DNA of 59,245 bases, counting the filler, from Platydemus manokwari (lineage: Eukaryota), in the NCBI GenBank assembly GCA_037951405.1. It is 6 parts of 6 records of this genome, joined end to end, with 100 filler letters (N's around TTAATTAATTAA, not from the genome) between each part and the next. Parts side by side here need not be neighbours in the genome. Positions count along the whole stretch, not along the records: positions 49,944 to 59,245 come from JBBMOY011269095.1; 5 more parts are not named here. The stretch is one strand, 5' to 3'. The position numbers and the translations under genes were made by a program. Positions 58,013 to 59,245 of this stretch are shown one piece after another; position 1 is the first letter of the stretch; each line of letters begins with the position of its first letter. A model generated the notes under the pieces. It ran no database searches, was not told the origin of the DNA, and saw nothing but the letters and a program-made list of their open reading frames with translations.

Positions 58013-58479
58013 AATTAATTTCAGATGTTTCATCAATTTTATAAAAGTTCACAAAAGAGTAATCTTTTGCAATTTATAGCGTTTAAAACAATAAAGCGTT
58101 TAAAATATAAAGACAGAAATGAAAATTACCCTGACTTGCCGTATTATTAAATGTGTTGATCCTTTCCTCCATACTTATTTTATTCAAATTCTTTATTCAC
58201 ATTTTATTTTATAAAAATGATGAAAAGGAAAATACCTCAAAAATCTTTCCTAAACTTAATGACTTTAGTCCCACTACTGATTTTAAATCTCCATCAGCTC
58301 TAAGTGACTTAAGTTATGAGAGTTATGAAAGTTAGGCTCTTGAGGATAATATATTAACAGAGGATGAGATTTTAAAAGCTAAAGATATTATTGAAGATTT
58401 ACATGAATAAATTTTAAAGATTAAAGACGAGCAAAGTTCCTCCTTTATTACAAAACTGGAAAATAAATTGAGAAATGAA

Positions 58480-59150
58480 GCTAAGCGTGAGCATGAAAAG
58501 GCGTTGAAACAAAAATATCGCGAGAAGTTAAAAATTTCATTTTAAAAATGGGGGATTTATATAAAGATTTATATAAAAATTTATATAATTTATCACAATA
58601 ATTACAACTTATAGATTGATGAAAATCTACTTGATCGTCATTAGTCATTATTATATTACTTGATCCATTTTCATTTAAAGGTTTCACATCAAATCTTATA
58701 CCTGTTAGTATTTTATTAATCTTATCAATATATGTTTAGATTCAAATAAAGTTTCGTAATTACTTTTAATACTGATATTGGTTTCATAAACATAAGCAAT
58801 CTTTTTTTCACCCGAAGGCCTCTCATCACACTATGTTTGTTCATAAACACTACTGGTTGTGTGTTTCTGTTGTATAGGTATGTTATAAGTTTCAAAGTCA
58901 TCATAAATTACAAATGGAACTTAATTCTTTTGATTATACTTTAGGTTAAATATTCTTCCTTCTTAAATATTGGTTTACTAGGTTTATGATTTTGACATTG
59001 ATCAATATGAATGTTATAAAGAGTTTCTGATTTATATTTATTTAAACATCTCAAACATATGAATTGAGAATGTCGTTTTCATTTGCAAAGATATTCATAT
59101 TTTTACATAAGGCATAATGTCCTTCATATAATAATAAAATTCAACCTTGG
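58480..59150 (-). mobile_element. Decayed Polinton/Maverick-type protein-primed DNA polymerase B N-terminal region
   Basis: LLLYEGHYAL, FICLRCLNKYKS..HIDQC, VPFVIYDDFET (cf. PFVIYADFE), then MKPL..MTNDDQVDF..CNYCDK, in the expected order with stops and frameshifts. Confidence 0.75.
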
Positions 59151-59176
59151 GGATTATAATGATTGATATTTATATA

Positions 59177-59245
59177 TTAGGTGTATAACCTTAAAATTTC
59201 GGTTTTTTTTGAAAAATATTTATTTATTTAAAGTACATTTTGCAT
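59177..59245 (-). mobile_element. Mariner-like terminus (same TIR family as 18180), inserted beside the Polinton remnant
   Basis: TA followed by TTAGGTGTATAACCTTAAAATTTCGGTTT. The interior differs from the 18180 copy, consistent with the opposite end. Confidence 0.72.

Overview
This is very AT-rich eukaryotic DNA, most likely animal, and it is not one locus. Six contigs of about 9-11 kb are joined by an identical artificial 100-nt spacer (44 N + TTAATTAATTAA + 44 N). Manual splicing across short GT-AG introns (mostly 41-54 nt) recovers several genes. Two are complete and well supported: RUNDC1 and a 4-exon FABP. Three are divergent or partial: a HAUS3-like augmin subunit, the 3' part of a possibly WNK-like gene, and the 3' part of a DTHD1-like death-domain gene with a probable GC-AG intron. 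There is also an intronless 319-aa ORF with a SAM-like N-terminus and a BED-like zinc finger. The rest is largely decayed transposable elements: an intact Buster-type hAT MITE, Tc1/mariner ends and a deletion derivative, Harbinger, NeSL/Utopia-type LINE, Gypsy, gag-knuckle and Polinton remnants, plus LTR-like dispersed repeats. The best novel candidate is absent from the ORF track. It is a two-exon, 68-aa secreted peptide gene (56956-58012) with a TATA+Inr promoter and a symmetric C-X3-C-X6-C-X12-C-X6-C-X3-C framework. A three-way hairpin conserved between two repeat copies is also notable. All family assignments rest on motifs recognised by eye; no database searches were run. The organism cannot be named. 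A compact-intron invertebrate, possibly a reduced parasite, is an inference only.
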